Origin: Methyloceanibacter sp.
Lineage (GTDB): Bacteria > Pseudomonadota > Alphaproteobacteria > Rhizobiales > Methyloligellaceae
Assembly (NCBI GenBank): GCA_035630055.1
Contig: DASQLK010000088.1
Coordinates: 1-45,563 of the forward strand
Direction of reading: 5' to 3'
Length of the DNA: 45,563 nucleotides
Shown: piece by piece, positions 27,415 to 36,725 of the stretch
How the letters are laid out: every line of letters begins with the position of its first letter
Numbering within the stretch: position 1 is the first letter of the stretch
Made by a program: the position numbers and the translations under genes
Notes under the pieces: model-generated
Databases searched by the model: none
Seen by the model: the letters and a program-made list of their open reading frames with translations, nothing else
Told to the model about the DNA's origin: nothing

Positions 27415-27651
27415 ATGAACTGTGCCAAAAGCCTAGAGGCCGAACGGCTCGCGAAGGCGCGTCGTGATGGAGCAAGCCTTGGAAGACGCTTCAGCTGGCG
27501 GCCATGCCTCCGCGCCATAATGCGAGCCAGCAATTGCGAACTTGCGGAGGCGGAAGCGTACGCAGGTGCCCATCATTTGGCGGTCAAGGGTCGCCGCGGC
27601 CAACCAGCAACGAGATGGGAGTCCGTAGTGTGCTCGCCTTTCCGCTCATGA
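27415..27651 (+). CDS. Small hypothetical protein (first of three similar ORFs)
   Basis: ATG 27415 after GGAAGG; stop overlaps next start (ATGA). Confidence 0.45.
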   Translation: MNCAKSLEAERLAKARRDGASLGRRFSWRPCLRAIMRASNCELAEAEAYAGAHHLAVKGRRGQPATRWESVVCSPFRS

Positions 27652-27800
27652 ACCGCGCATTCGATCTCGGTCGTCAACGGGCTGAGGCTGGCAGACGGCT
27701 GCCGACTGCCGACGAGTTGCGCCGCGTCTGGGGCCTCGGCCGTGAAGACCGGGCGCTCTTTGTGAAGGGCTATTTAGGAGTAACCTCCAATGTCCAATGA
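27648..27800 (+). CDS. Small hypothetical protein (second of three)
   Basis: MNRAFDLGRQRAEAGRRLP...FVKGY; coupled at both ends. Confidence 0.5.
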   Translation: MNRAFDLGRQRAEAGRRLPTADELRRVWGLGREDRALFVKGYLGVTSNVQ

Positions 27801-28029
27801 AAGCTACAGTTCGGGCCGCCGCTGGGCGATGCATCACGACATTCTTCCCTGCGAGCCTTGGCTGGAAGAGCAGGGCTTCAGACCGCTCGACAAGCGCCAT
27901 TTCGAGTGCGGCTTTCGCGACGAGAAGGCGGCAAGCGCGCTGTCCGGCCAGGTCATCCCGCGCTTCCGGGAGTGCCATTGCCAAAGCGGGTGCGAGACGG
28001 ATTTCCCGGGCCTGCAAGGGCTTGGCTGA
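27790..28029 (+). CDS. Small hypothetical protein (third of three)
   Basis: AGGAG RBS at 27776-27780; overlaps previous ORF by 11 bp. Confidence 0.5.
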   Translation: MSNESYSSGRRWAMHHDILPCEPWLEEQGFRPLDKRHFECGFRDEKAASALSGQVIPRFRECHCQSGCETDFPGLQGLG

Positions 28030-28156
28030 AAGCCGGCCCGGATATCATACCGAAGAACATACCGTGGTAGTCTGAGCATCGCACCACTCAAAGTTGTGGA
28101 TAATTCTTATGAAATACTATAGATTGTAATTAGGCGTGAAAGGCGTCGGGTGACAC

Positions 28157-28342
28157 ATGACATCTAACAGTAAGAAAGGTGATCTCACCTCTAAATCTTC
28201 GTTTAAGGCGGCTTCTCTTAATCTAGACCCGTCTCTAATCGCCATTGCCTGTCATCTTGCGGCGATTGCGGCGGAGGATGACTACGACTCTTTCAAATCT
28301 GGTCAGCTTGATTATGCTGCTCCCAAAGTGAAAGGGGCCTAG
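28157..28342 (+). CDS. Small protein upstream of recombinase (candidate directionality factor)
   Basis: 61 aa, ends 2 bp before the recombinase ATG; amphipathic helix DPSLIAIACHLAAIAAEDDY. Confidence 0.5.
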   Translation: MTSNSKKGDLTSKSSFKAASLNLDPSLIAIACHLAAIAAEDDYDSFKSGQLDYAAPKVKGA

Positions 28343-28344
28343 CC

Positions 28345-30171
28345 ATGAGGGCCATACTGTATGCCAGATACTCAGACAAAGAGAGACAAAACGAGAACAG
28401 CATTGAGCAGCAGCTGAGGCTTCTTCACGATCGTGCGGCACGCGAAGGATGGGAAGTCGTCGCCAGCTACGACGACAAAGGCATGACCGGGGCAAACCGC
28501 TTCCGGCCCGGAATCCAGCAGCTGATCGGCGCTATTCAGGGGCGCGAATTTGACATTCTCCTCACGGAATCGATCGACCGCTTGAGCCGCGACCAGGAGG
28601 ATATCGCGTTCATTCACAAGCGCTGCCGGCACAACGGCATTCAGATTGTCACGTTGTTGGAGGGCGAGATCACCGAGTTACACGTGGGCCTCAAGGGCAC
28701 CATGTCGGCGCTCTATCTGAAAGACCTAGCCCGCCGCACGCATCGCGGGCTTGAGCAGCGGGCCCTCGAAGGGGAAAGCACAGGGGGCAAAAGCTACGGG
28801 TATGACATCGAACCAAAGTTCGATTTGAAAAAGGGCCGCCGGGTCGGCGGGGAAATTACAATCAACCCCGAGGGGGCCGCGATTGTTCAGCGCATTTTCT
28901 TGGAATATCTGGGAGGTAAGTCGCCCCGAATGCTCGCTCACGAATTTAACGCTAGCGGCATTCCGGCGCAATCGGGCCGGGCCTGGACTGCCAGCACGAT
29001 CTACGGCAACCGAAGGCGGGGCACCGGGATCCTAAATAACGAACTGTATATCGGCCGGAAAATCTGGGGGAAGCAAAGCTTCTTCAAGGACCCCGATACT
29101 GGCAGAGAGACAGGACGCCTGAACGATGAGTCCCAGTGGATCCGCACTGAGGTTCCGCACCTGCGTATCATTTCCGATGAACTATGGTTCGCCGTCAAAG
29201 CTTATCAGGGCGAGTTGGATCGCAAGCCGACGGTCCGGGAAAAGAGGCGTCCAAAAAGGCTTTTTTCGTTCCTGCTTCGTTGCGGCAAATGTGATGGTGG
29301 CTTCTCAAAAATCGGGAAAGACCACTACGGCTGCTCAACGGCGCGGAACAAAGGGACGTGCGACAATCGCCTCACCATCAGCGAGCGAACGTTGGAGCAA
29401 GCCGTTCTCGGATCGCTTCAATCTCAGTTGATGCAACCGGAAGTGTGCGAGGTCTTTTGCGCTGCGTATACCGAGCGAGTGAACCAAAAATGTCGCGAGG
29501 ACCACGCGGCCCGGGATTCCAATTCGGCGGAACTGGCGCGAACCGAACACGCGATCGAAAAGTTGGTTCAAGCCCTCAAAAGTGGCGTCGATCCGACCTT
29601 GCTCAAGGATGAGATCAACAGCCTCCAGCAGCGCAAGATCACTCTTGAAGCCGCGCTGAACGATGCTCCACCTGCACCTGTTTTCGTGCATCCGAACATG
29701 GCCTCGCGGTTTCATGATGGCATTCAAAACCTCATCGCGCGCTTCAACGATCCGAAACACCGCCAAGGTTCTGCTGAGATGCTGCGGAGTCTGATTGAGA
29801 AAATTGTGCTCACCCCCAATGCGGAGAATCGCGCGCTAATCGTCAATCTGGAAGGTCGGCTGCGCGGGATTCTTGAATTGGCCGCTGGCCATACCGCGCA
29901 AGCCATGGGTGCAGCGGCCAGCACCCTTAGTGGAGTTGAGGCGAGGGAAATCGAGCAGGTCCAAGTGGTCGCGAGCGCAGAAATGGATAGAAATCAGCTT
30001 AGGGGCAGTCTCCCAGGGACTGATGGCTGGGGCACCTCTCTTTCATCAAAACCTGCGAGCGATGAAAATTCGCAGGTAGTGATGGCTGGGGCGGCAGGAT
30101 TCGAACCTGCGAATGGCGGCACCAAAAGCCGCTGCCTTACCACTTGGCGACGCCCCAGCATGAGCGCGTGA
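28345..30171 (+). CDS. Large serine recombinase (integrase)
   Basis: YARYS catalytic Ser, ESIDRLSR, GGKSYGY, GILNNELYIG, zinc ribbon CGKC...YGC...C, coiled coil. Last 29 codons are the att core, antisense tRNA and host DNA. Confidence 0.95.
   Translation: MRAILYARYSDKERQNENSIEQQLRLLHDRAAREGWEVVASYDDKGMTGANRFRPGIQQLIGAIQGREFDILLTESIDRLSRDQEDIAFIHKRCRHNGIQIVTLLEGEITELHVGLKGTMSALYLKDLARRTHRGLEQRALEGESTGGKSYGYDIEPKFDLKKGRRVGGEITINPEGAAIVQRIFLEYLGGKSPRMLAHEFNASGIPAQSGRAWTASTIYGNRRRGTGILNNELYIGRKIWGKQSFFKDPDTGRETGRLNDESQWIRTEVPHLRIISDELWFAVKAYQGELDRKPTVREKRRPKRLFSFLLRCGKCDGGFSKIGKDHYGCSTARNKGTCDNRLTISERTLEQAVLGSLQSQLMQPEVCEVFCAAYTERVNQKCREDHAARDSNSAELARTEHAIEKLVQALKSGVDPTLLKDEINSLQQRKITLEAALNDAPPAPVFVHPNMASRFHDGIQNLIARFNDPKHRQGSAEMLRSLIEKIVLTPNAENRALIVNLEGRLRGILELAAGHTAQAMGAAASTLSGVEAREIEQVQVVASAEMDRNQLRGSLPGTDGWGTSLSSKPASDENSQVVMAGAAGFEPANGGTKSRCLTTWRRPSMSA
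30083..30096. repeat. att core, right junction
   Basis: TGGCTGGGGCGGCA identical to 7774-7787. Confidence 0.88.
30083..30157 (-). tRNA. tRNA-Gln (anticodon TTG)
   Basis: TGGGGCGTCGCCAAGTGGTAAGGCAGCGGCTTTTGGTGCCGCCATTCGCAGGTTCGAATCCTGCCGCCCCAGCCA; cloverleaf, GTTCGAATC T-loop, encoded CCA. Confidence 0.97.
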
Positions 30172-30220
30172 CGCGGGCTATATAGCCGCGAGGTGCGGGA
30201 GCGGAACCCCTGGAGCCCGA

Positions 30221-31108
30221 TTAGGCGTCGGTGATCCGGCGGTTGACCAGATCGAGATAGTCGGTGCGCAATTGCAGCGTCAGATCGCCGACTTCGAAGG
30301 TCCACGGCCCGACCGACTGGACCGGGGTCACCTCCGCCGCGGTGCCGGTCAGGAACATCTGTTCGAAGCCTTCCAGCTCCTCCGGCCAGATCGCCCGCTC
30401 GTGCACCTCAAGGCCCCGGCGCCGCGCAAGATCGATCACCGTGCGCCGGGTGATGCCATCGAGAAAGCAATCGGGCGTCGGCGTGTGCAGCGCGCCATCC
30501 TTGACGAAGAAGACGTTGGCGCCCGTCCCTTCCGCGACGCGACCGCGCCAATCGAACATCAGGGCGTCCTCGAAGCCCTTGGCCTGCGCGCTGTGCCGCG
30601 CCAAGGTGCAGATCATGTAGAGCCCCGCGGCCTTGCTCTCGGTCGGCGCCGTATAAGGTGCGGGCCGGCGCCAGGTCGAAATGTCGAGCCTCAGCCCCTT
30701 GCGGACCGCTTCTTCCGCGAAATAATTGCCCCAATCCCAGCAGGCGATGGCGAGGTGGATCTTCGTCTTCTGGCCGGAAACCCCCATCTGCTCGGAGCCG
30801 CGCCAGGCGAGCGGGCGCATATAGGCGTCGGCAAGGCCGCTGTCGGCGAGCGTCTCGCGGCAGGCGGCGTCGATCTCGGCCACCGAATAGGGAATTTCGA
30901 AGTCGAGCAGCCGCGCGCTGTTGCGCAGCCGCGCGCTATGCTCGCTCAGCTTGAAAATCTCGCCGCCATAAGCGCGCTGCCCCTCGAACACCGAGGAGGC
31001 GTAATGGAGCGCGTGGGTGAGGACATGGGCATTGGCCTCGCGCCAGGGCACGAGCTTGCCGTCGAACCAGATCGTGCCGTCGCGATCGTCATAGGGGCGG
31101 GGATCCAT
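30221..31108 (-). CDS. ilvE: Branched-chain amino acid aminotransferase
   Basis: THALHYASSVFEG, SKAAGLY, EGTGANVF, LDGITRRTV, LTGTAAEVTPV. Confidence 0.95.
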   Translation of the reverse strand: MDPRPYDDRDGTIWFDGKLVPWREANAHVLTHALHYASSVFEGQRAYGGEIFKLSEHSARLRNSARLLDFEIPYSVAEIDAACRETLADSGLADAYMRPLAWRGSEQMGVSGQKTKIHLAIACWDWGNYFAEEAVRKGLRLDISTWRRPAPYTAPTESKAAGLYMICTLARHSAQAKGFEDALMFDWRGRVAEGTGANVFFVKDGALHTPTPDCFLDGITRRTVIDLARRRGLEVHERAIWPEELEGFEQMFLTGTAAEVTPVQSVGPWTFEVGDLTLQLRTDYLDLVNRRITDA

Positions 31109-31139
31109 CGCGGCGGGATAGGCCCGACCGCGCGGTCGG

Positions 31140-31961
31140 TCAATCTGAGGTGCGGGCGGCGGCCGCGAGTTCGAGCCCGCGCACGCGCGACGCATCGAGC
31201 GTGCGCTGGACGAGCGCGCGTAGGGCGCCGTCGGCGTCCAGCACCTGCAACCCCGCCTCTGTCGTGCCGCCGGGGCTCGCCACCTTGCGGGCCAGCGTTG
31301 CCGGATCGTCCTCGAACGCGGCCGCGAGCGCACCGGCCCCTTCGACCATAAAGAGCGCGAGCCTAAGCGCCTGCTCGGGCGGGAGGCCGAGCTGCCCGGC
31401 CGCCGCCGCGAGGGCCTCGGTGAAGCGAAACAGGAAGGCGGGCCCTGCCCCGGTCAGATGCCCGGCGAGCTGGAAATGCGTTTCCTGCTCGATCCATTCG
31501 GCATGGCCGAGCGGCGCCATCAGCGCGGTGACGAGAGCCCTCGCGCTCGGGTCGTCGCGCTCGCTCGCGAGCAGCACCACCCCTTTGCCGATCCGCACCG
31601 GCAAATTGGGCATCGCCCGCACGATCGTGCGCGGCGCCGGAAAGCGCGCACGCAGCGAGGCCAGCTCAACCCCGGCGAGGATCGAAACCAGGATCGTCCC
31701 GGGGTCGAGGATCGGCGCCAGCCCCGGCGCCACCGCGTCGAGTTGATGCGGCTTCATGCCCAGCATCACGATCGCCGGCACCTCGTCCTCGGGCCAGCTC
31801 GTCGTGACCCGAACCCCCTCGCCCCCCGCGCGCCCGCTCGGCCGGATCACGCTGACCCGGGCGGGATCGATCCCCTCCTCCAGCCAACGGCCAAGCATCG
31901 CCCCGGCCATATTGCCGCAGCCGACGAGCCAGAGCGGGCCGGGGAAGATCGGGTCGGTCAC
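31140..31961 (-). CDS. proC: Pyrroline-5-carboxylate reductase
   Basis: GCGNMAGA, SILAG, RAMPN, GAGPAF, VASPGGTT. Confidence 0.95.
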   Translation of the reverse strand: MTDPIFPGPLWLVGCGNMAGAMLGRWLEEGIDPARVSVIRPSGRAGGEGVRVTTSWPEDEVPAIVMLGMKPHQLDAVAPGLAPILDPGTILVSILAGVELASLRARFPAPRTIVRAMPNLPVRIGKGVVLLASERDDPSARALVTALMAPLGHAEWIEQETHFQLAGHLTGAGPAFLFRFTEALAAAAGQLGLPPEQALRLALFMVEGAGALAAAFEDDPATLARKVASPGGTTEAGLQVLDADGALRALVQRTLDASRVRGLELAAAARTSD

Positions 31962-31997
31962 AGCGCTTTCCGATCAGGATACGGCATCATACCACCA

Positions 31998-32081
31998 CCG
32001 TTCGCCCTGAGCCTGTCGAAGGGCTTTCCTTCTTTCCGCCTTACAAGAAGGAACGGGCTTCGACAGGCTCAGCCCGAACGG
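31998..32081. repeat. Intergenic REP-like palindromic element
   Basis: CCGTTCGCCCTGAGCCTGTCGAAG ... CTTCGACAGGCTCAGCCCGAACGG with inner TTCCTTCTT/AAGAAGGAA stem. Confidence 0.8.
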
Positions 32082-32115
32082 AATTTTGGGCATTCGGTTT
32101 GCACAAGCGTGGCGC

Positions 32116-32622
32116 TCACGCCTCCCCTTGCGTCTCGATCAGCGCTGCGGCGATCGCTTCCTGGGGGGTCTTGTCGGCCCAGAGCACGAACTGGAAGACC
32201 GGGTAGAAGCGCTCGCACTCCTCGATCGCGGCCTCGACCAAAGTCTCGGCCTGCTGCAGGCTCAGCAGGCAATCGTCGCCCTCGAGCAAGGCGGCATGGC
32301 GGAACAGGACCAGCCCCGAGGCCGACCACAATTCGAAATGGCCAAGCCACAGCTGCTCGTTGATCAGGCCGATCGTCTCGTACATCGCGGCGCGCTTCTC
32401 TGGTGAGACGCGCACGTCGGGCAGGGCCAGGAACTGCAGCACCTGATCCTCGGCGCGCCAGATCGCGCGCAGCTCATATTGCGTCCAGCTGCCCTGGAAG
32501 GACGAGACGATCTCGTCCTCGCCATTGCGCTCGCAGGCCCAGCCGAGCGCTCCGAAATATTGTTCGAGCATGTCGATCGGGGCACTGCCCTCGCGCTCGA
32601 GCTCGTACTCGTCCACATCCAT
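32116..32622 (-). CDS. YbjN-domain protein
   Basis: PIDMLE, INEQLWLGHFELW, ECERFYPVFQFVLW, ET.GEA; usual neighbour of proC in Alphaproteobacteria. Confidence 0.85.
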   Translation of the reverse strand: MDVDEYELEREGSAPIDMLEQYFGALGWACERNGEDEIVSSFQGSWTQYELRAIWRAEDQVLQFLALPDVRVSPEKRAAMYETIGLINEQLWLGHFELWSASGLVLFRHAALLEGDDCLLSLQQAETLVEAAIEECERFYPVFQFVLWADKTPQEAIAAALIETQGEA

Positions 32623-32723
32623 CGAGGCGTTCCCCGGTCCTCTTCTGTTCACGGGGAATCTGCCCGTCTCACGCTCAAAGCGCAAGGCGAGCCGCTCGGT
32701 TCCCCGCACAAAGCTGTGGATAG

Positions 32724-33008
32724 TCAGCCGGCGGCGTCGGCGCCGGGCTTGCGCTTCGCCGGCTTGGCGGGCTTGCCCTCCAGCGCGGCGAGGCGCGCGG
32801 CCAGCGCCGCGTTCTCCTCGCGCGCGGCAATCGCCATCGCTTTGACCGCCTCGAATTCCTCTCTGGAAACCAGGTCGAGCCCGCCGATCCAGTCGCGCGC
32901 GCGCTCCTGCATCGCCGCCTGCGCCTCACGGGTCATCCCGGCGATGGTGCCGGCGGCACCGTTCATGACCTTGACGAAATCGTCGAACAATTTGTTTTGG
33001 GACTGCAT
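32724..33008 (-). CDS. ubiK: UbiK/BMFP-family accessory factor
   Basis: LDLVSREEFEAVKAMA...LAARLAALE. Confidence 0.85.
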   Translation of the reverse strand: MQSQNKLFDDFVKVMNGAAGTIAGMTREAQAAMQERARDWIGGLDLVSREEFEAVKAMAIAAREENAALAARLAALEGKPAKPAKRKPGADAAG

Positions 33009-33020
33009 CGGCCGCTTCCT

Positions 33021-33584
33021 TCAGATCGCATTGAGCTGGATATCGAGAGTCCGGGGCCCGGCTTCAAGCGTCGCGGCGTCGGGATTGCGCGAGACGATCT
33101 CGTAATTCAGCACCGAGGCGAACATCAGCCAGCCCAAATAGGGGTAGAGAAGCAGGCCCGCGAGCAGCCGGATCCGCCAGGCGAGGAGGATCAGCACGGC
33201 GGTGGCGACCAGCATCGCGGCGATGATCGACAAGGCCAGATCGGGCCGCTGCAAGCTGAAGAAGACCGGCGACCAGGCGAGATTCAGCGCCAGCTGCAAA
33301 CCGAAGAGGAGCAGCGCCCGGGTGCGGTTGGCGGCGCCCTTGGCGTGGAGCAGCATCGCCAGCGACAGGCCGAGCATGGCGTAGAGGATCGGCCAGACCA
33401 CGCCGAACACCCAGCCCGGCGGATTGAGCGGCGATTTTTCCAGCGCCTGATACCATGCATTGTCGGCGCCCGAGCCCGACAGCGCCCCGGACAAGGACCC
33501 CAGCAGCACCACGGCGGGGACGGTGATCAGGGCGTAGCGCAGGAAGCTCATCCTGAGCTGCGACTTGGATGCGATCCCGGTCAT
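33021..33584 (-). CDS. tspO: TspO/MBR sensory protein
   Basis: WYQALEK.PLNPPGWVFGVVWPILY, QLALNLAWSPVFF, PYLGWL.FA..LN. Confidence 0.92.
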   Translation of the reverse strand: MTGIASKSQLRMSFLRYALITVPAVVLLGSLSGALSGSGADNAWYQALEKSPLNPPGWVFGVVWPILYAMLGLSLAMLLHAKGAANRTRALLLFGLQLALNLAWSPVFFSLQRPDLALSIIAAMLVATAVLILLAWRIRLLAGLLLYPYLGWLMFASVLNYEIVSRNPDAATLEAGPRTLDIQLNAI

Positions 33585-33600
33585 GCCCCTCCTTCGCCGA

Positions 33601-36600
33601 TCATTCGGCCGGCTGAGGCTGCGGCTGGGGCCCGGACAGCTGACCCTCCAGCCGGCGGCTCACCGCCAGCGGCGAGCCGGTGAAGCGCGCCAGCCGCGAA
33701 TAAAGCAAGGGGATCATGAACAAGGTGATGATCGTGGCGATCGAAACGCCGAAGACGATGACCACGCCGATCGCGGTCCGCGCCGCCGCGCCCGCGCCGC
33801 TGGCGAGCATCAGCGGCACCGCGCCGGCCGCGGTCGCGATGGAGGTCATCAGGATCGGCCGCAACCGCCGCCGCGAGGCCTCGCGGATCGCCGCGCCGAT
33901 ATCGCGCCCGGAATCGCGCAGCTGATTGGCGAATTCGACGATCAGGATGCCGTTCTTGGCGGCGAGCCCGACGAGCATGACCAGCCCGACCTGCGAATAG
34001 AGGTTGATGGTCTGGCCCATCAGGAACAGGCCGATCACCCCGCCGGCGATCGCGAGCGGCACCGTGGTGATGATCACGCCGGGGTGGACGAAGCTTTCGA
34101 ACTGGGCGGCGAGGAGCAGATAGACGACCAGGATGGTGAGCAGGAAGACGAGATAGATCGAGCCTCCCGCCTCGCGAAACGCCTGGCTCTCGCCGCGATA
34201 GCCGACCGAGACCACTTCCGGCGCGGCCGCGGCCTGCTCTTCGAGGAAGGTCAGCGCCTCACCGAGCGAATAGCCCGGCGCGAGGCCGCCCTGCAGGGTG
34301 ATCGCGCGCAGCTTGTTGTAGCGCCCCAGATCGCGCGCGCCGGCGGTGTCGCTCGCCTGGACGAGGCTGGAGAGCGGCACCAACGTGTCGGTGCGGCTGC
34401 GCACATAGATGCTCGCCAGATCGGTCTCGGTCGCCCGCGCCGCTTCCTCGGCCTGGACGACGACGCGATACTCCTCGCCGCGGTCGACATAGGTCGAGAC
34501 CCGGCGCGAGCCCAAGAGGCTCTGCAGCGCCTGGCTGACCGCTTCGACCGAGACGCCGAGATCGCCGGCCCGGGCGGTATCGACCGCGACCCGCATCTGC
34601 GGCTTGGTTTCCTTATAGTCGCTGTCGAGATTGACGATCCCCGGATTGTCGGCGGCGGCGGCGATGATCCGGTCGCGGGCGCGGGCGAGATCGGCATAGG
34701 TCGCGCCGGCGAGGACGAAATTGACCGGCTGGCCGCGGCCGCGCGACAGCGAGTTGCGCACCGAGGCATTGCCCCGCACCGAGGGGATCTGGGCGATCGT
34801 CCGGTTGACCTGGGCGACCACGTCCTGGGTCGTCTCCTCGCGCTCTTCCCAGGGTTTCAGGAAGATCGAGACCGAGCCGCTGTTGAAATCGTCGCTCTGC
34901 CCGAAGCCGCCGGGCGTGCGGGTGATCATCGAGCGGACCGCGCCCTCGCCGACCAGAGGCAGCAGCCGCGCCTGCACATCGGTCATATAGCGGTCCATCT
35001 CGGCAAAGCCGGTGCCTTCGGGCGCGTTGACGTTGACGTTGACGATGCCCGCATCCTCGACCGGCACCAGCTCGGACTGCAGGGTGAAGAACAAGGCGCT
35101 CGAGCCGGCGAGGAAGATAAGGATCGCGATCACCGGGATCAGCGGCCTGGTCAGCGTCCGGTCGAGCCAGCGCGCATAGCCGTTCTCAACGCGCTGGAAG
35201 CCGCGATCGAGGCGTAAGGAGAAGCCCTTGCGCTCCTCGTGCTTCAACAGCTTAGAACAGAGCATCGGCGCCAGGCTCAAGGCGAAGAAGCCCGAAAAGG
35301 CGACCGCGCCGATCATCGCCGCCGCAAGCTCGCGGAACAAGAGGCCGGTCTGCCCGGAAATGAACATGATCGGCACGAACACCGCGCACACCACCATCGT
35401 CGTCGACAGCACCGCGAAGCCGACCTGGCGGGCGCCGTTATAGGAGGCGGCGAGCGGCGCCTCGCCCTGCTCGATCCGGTGATAGACGTTTTCGAGCACG
35501 ACGATGGCGTCGTCGACGACGATCCCGATCGACAGGACCAAAGCGAGCAGGGTCAGCAGATTGATCGAAAAGCCGAACAGCCAGAGCACGCCGAAGCTCG
35601 CCAGCAGGCAGAGCGGCACGGTGATCGCCGGGATGAGGGTCGCGCGCCAGCTGCCGAGGAACAGGAAGATGACCAGGACGACCAGCACCGCCGCTTCCGC
35701 CAGCGTCACCCAGACCTTCTCGATCGCCCGGTCGATGAACAGGCTCTCGTCCGAGCCGACCACGATCGTCATCCCCTCCGGCAGGCTGGTCTGGACCTGC
35801 TCGACCATCGCCTTGGCCGCATCGGCGACGGCGAGCGTATTCGCGCCCGACTGGCGCACGATACCCAGGCCCACCGCCGGATTCCCGTTGAGGCGGAAGG
35901 CGGTGTAGGGATTCTCCGCACCCTGCTCGATCCGGGCGATATCGCCGAGCCGCACCAGATAGCCGTCCGTCCCGCGCCCGACGACGAGCTGGCGGAATTG
36001 TTCGGGGGTGGCGAAGGGCCGATCGACGCGCAAGGTCACGTTCTGCTGCGCCGATTCCAGCCGTCCCGCGGGGAGCTCGACATTTTGCGTGCGCAGCGAA
36101 TTTTCGACGTCGCCGGGGGTCAGGCCGAAGGCGGCGAGCCGCTCGGGCTTCAGCCAGATTCGCATCGCCGGCCGCGCCTCGCCGCCGATGAACACCCGCG
36201 CCACCCCGTCGATGGAGGAGAAGCGGTCGAGCAGATTGCGGTCCACCCAGTCGGACAGCTGCAGCGGCGACCAGCCCGGCTTGGAGATGACCATGAACAT
36301 GATCGGCGCCGCATCGGCATCGACCTTGCGGACCACCGGCGCCTCGACCTCTGCCGGCAGATTGTTCGCCGCCGCGCCGACCCGGTCTCGCACGTCGTTG
36401 GCGGCGCTTTCGACGTCGCGGCCCGGGGCGAACTCGATGCTGATGCTCGACTGGCCGTCCTGCGAGCGCGAGGTGATCGTATCGAGGCCTTCGAGGCCCG
36501 AGAGCTGTTCCTCGAGAACCTGGGTGATCCGGGTCTCGACCACGCTCGCCGCGGCGCCGATATATTGGGTCTGCACCGACACGACCGGGGGATCGACATC

Positions 36601-36714
36601 GGGATACTCGCGGACCGAAAGAGCGAAGAAGCCGACCAGGCCGATCACCGCGATCAGCATCGCCATGACGGCCGCGAAAACCGGACGCTTGACCGAGAGA
36701 TCGGAGATTTTCAC
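33601..36714 (-). CDS. RND efflux permease (AcrB/AcrD/AcrF family)
   Basis: 1037 aa; [32 protein letters not shown]. Confidence 0.95.
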   Translation of the reverse strand: MKISDLSVKRPVFAAVMAMLIAVIGLVGFFALSVREYPDVDPPVVSVQTQYIGAAASVVETRITQVLEEQLSGLEGLDTITSRSQDGQSSISIEFAPGRDVESAANDVRDRVGAAANNLPAEVEAPVVRKVDADAAPIMFMVISKPGWSPLQLSDWVDRNLLDRFSSIDGVARVFIGGEARPAMRIWLKPERLAAFGLTPGDVENSLRTQNVELPAGRLESAQQNVTLRVDRPFATPEQFRQLVVGRGTDGYLVRLGDIARIEQGAENPYTAFRLNGNPAVGLGIVRQSGANTLAVADAAKAMVEQVQTSLPEGMTIVVGSDESLFIDRAIEKVWVTLAEAAVLVVLVIFLFLGSWRATLIPAITVPLCLLASFGVLWLFGFSINLLTLLALVLSIGIVVDDAIVVLENVYHRIEQGEAPLAASYNGARQVGFAVLSTTMVVCAVFVPIMFISGQTGLLFRELAAAMIGAVAFSGFFALSLAPMLCSKLLKHEERKGFSLRLDRGFQRVENGYARWLDRTLTRPLIPVIAILIFLAGSSALFFTLQSELVPVEDAGIVNVNVNAPEGTGFAEMDRYMTDVQARLLPLVGEGAVRSMITRTPGGFGQSDDFNSGSVSIFLKPWEEREETTQDVVAQVNRTIAQIPSVRGNASVRNSLSRGRGQPVNFVLAGATYADLARARDRIIAAAADNPGIVNLDSDYKETKPQMRVAVDTARAGDLGVSVEAVSQALQSLLGSRRVSTYVDRGEEYRVVVQAEEAARATETDLASIYVRSRTDTLVPLSSLVQASDTAGARDLGRYNKLRAITLQGGLAPGYSLGEALTFLEEQAAAAPEVVSVGYRGESQAFREAGGSIYLVFLLTILVVYLLLAAQFESFVHPGVIITTVPLAIAGGVIGLFLMGQTINLYSQVGLVMLVGLAAKNGILIVEFANQLRDSGRDIGAAIREASRRRLRPILMTSIATAAGAVPLMLASGAGAAARTAIGVVIVFGVSIATIITLFMIPLLYSRLARFTGSPLAVSRRLEGQLSGPQPQPQPAE

Positions 36715-36725
36715 CGGCGCGAGCC

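Larger units (their letters stand above)
7774..30096. mobile_element. Integrative mobilisable element / genomic island in tRNA-Gln
   Basis: 14-bp terminal direct repeat, serine recombinase at the tRNA end, mobC-relaxase-T4CP at the other end, visibly lower GC with AT-rich patches, no mating-pair formation genes. Confidence 0.9.

Noticed and set aside
7774-30096. Prophage or self-transmissible ICE
   Set aside because: No virion, terminase, VirB4 or pilus genes.
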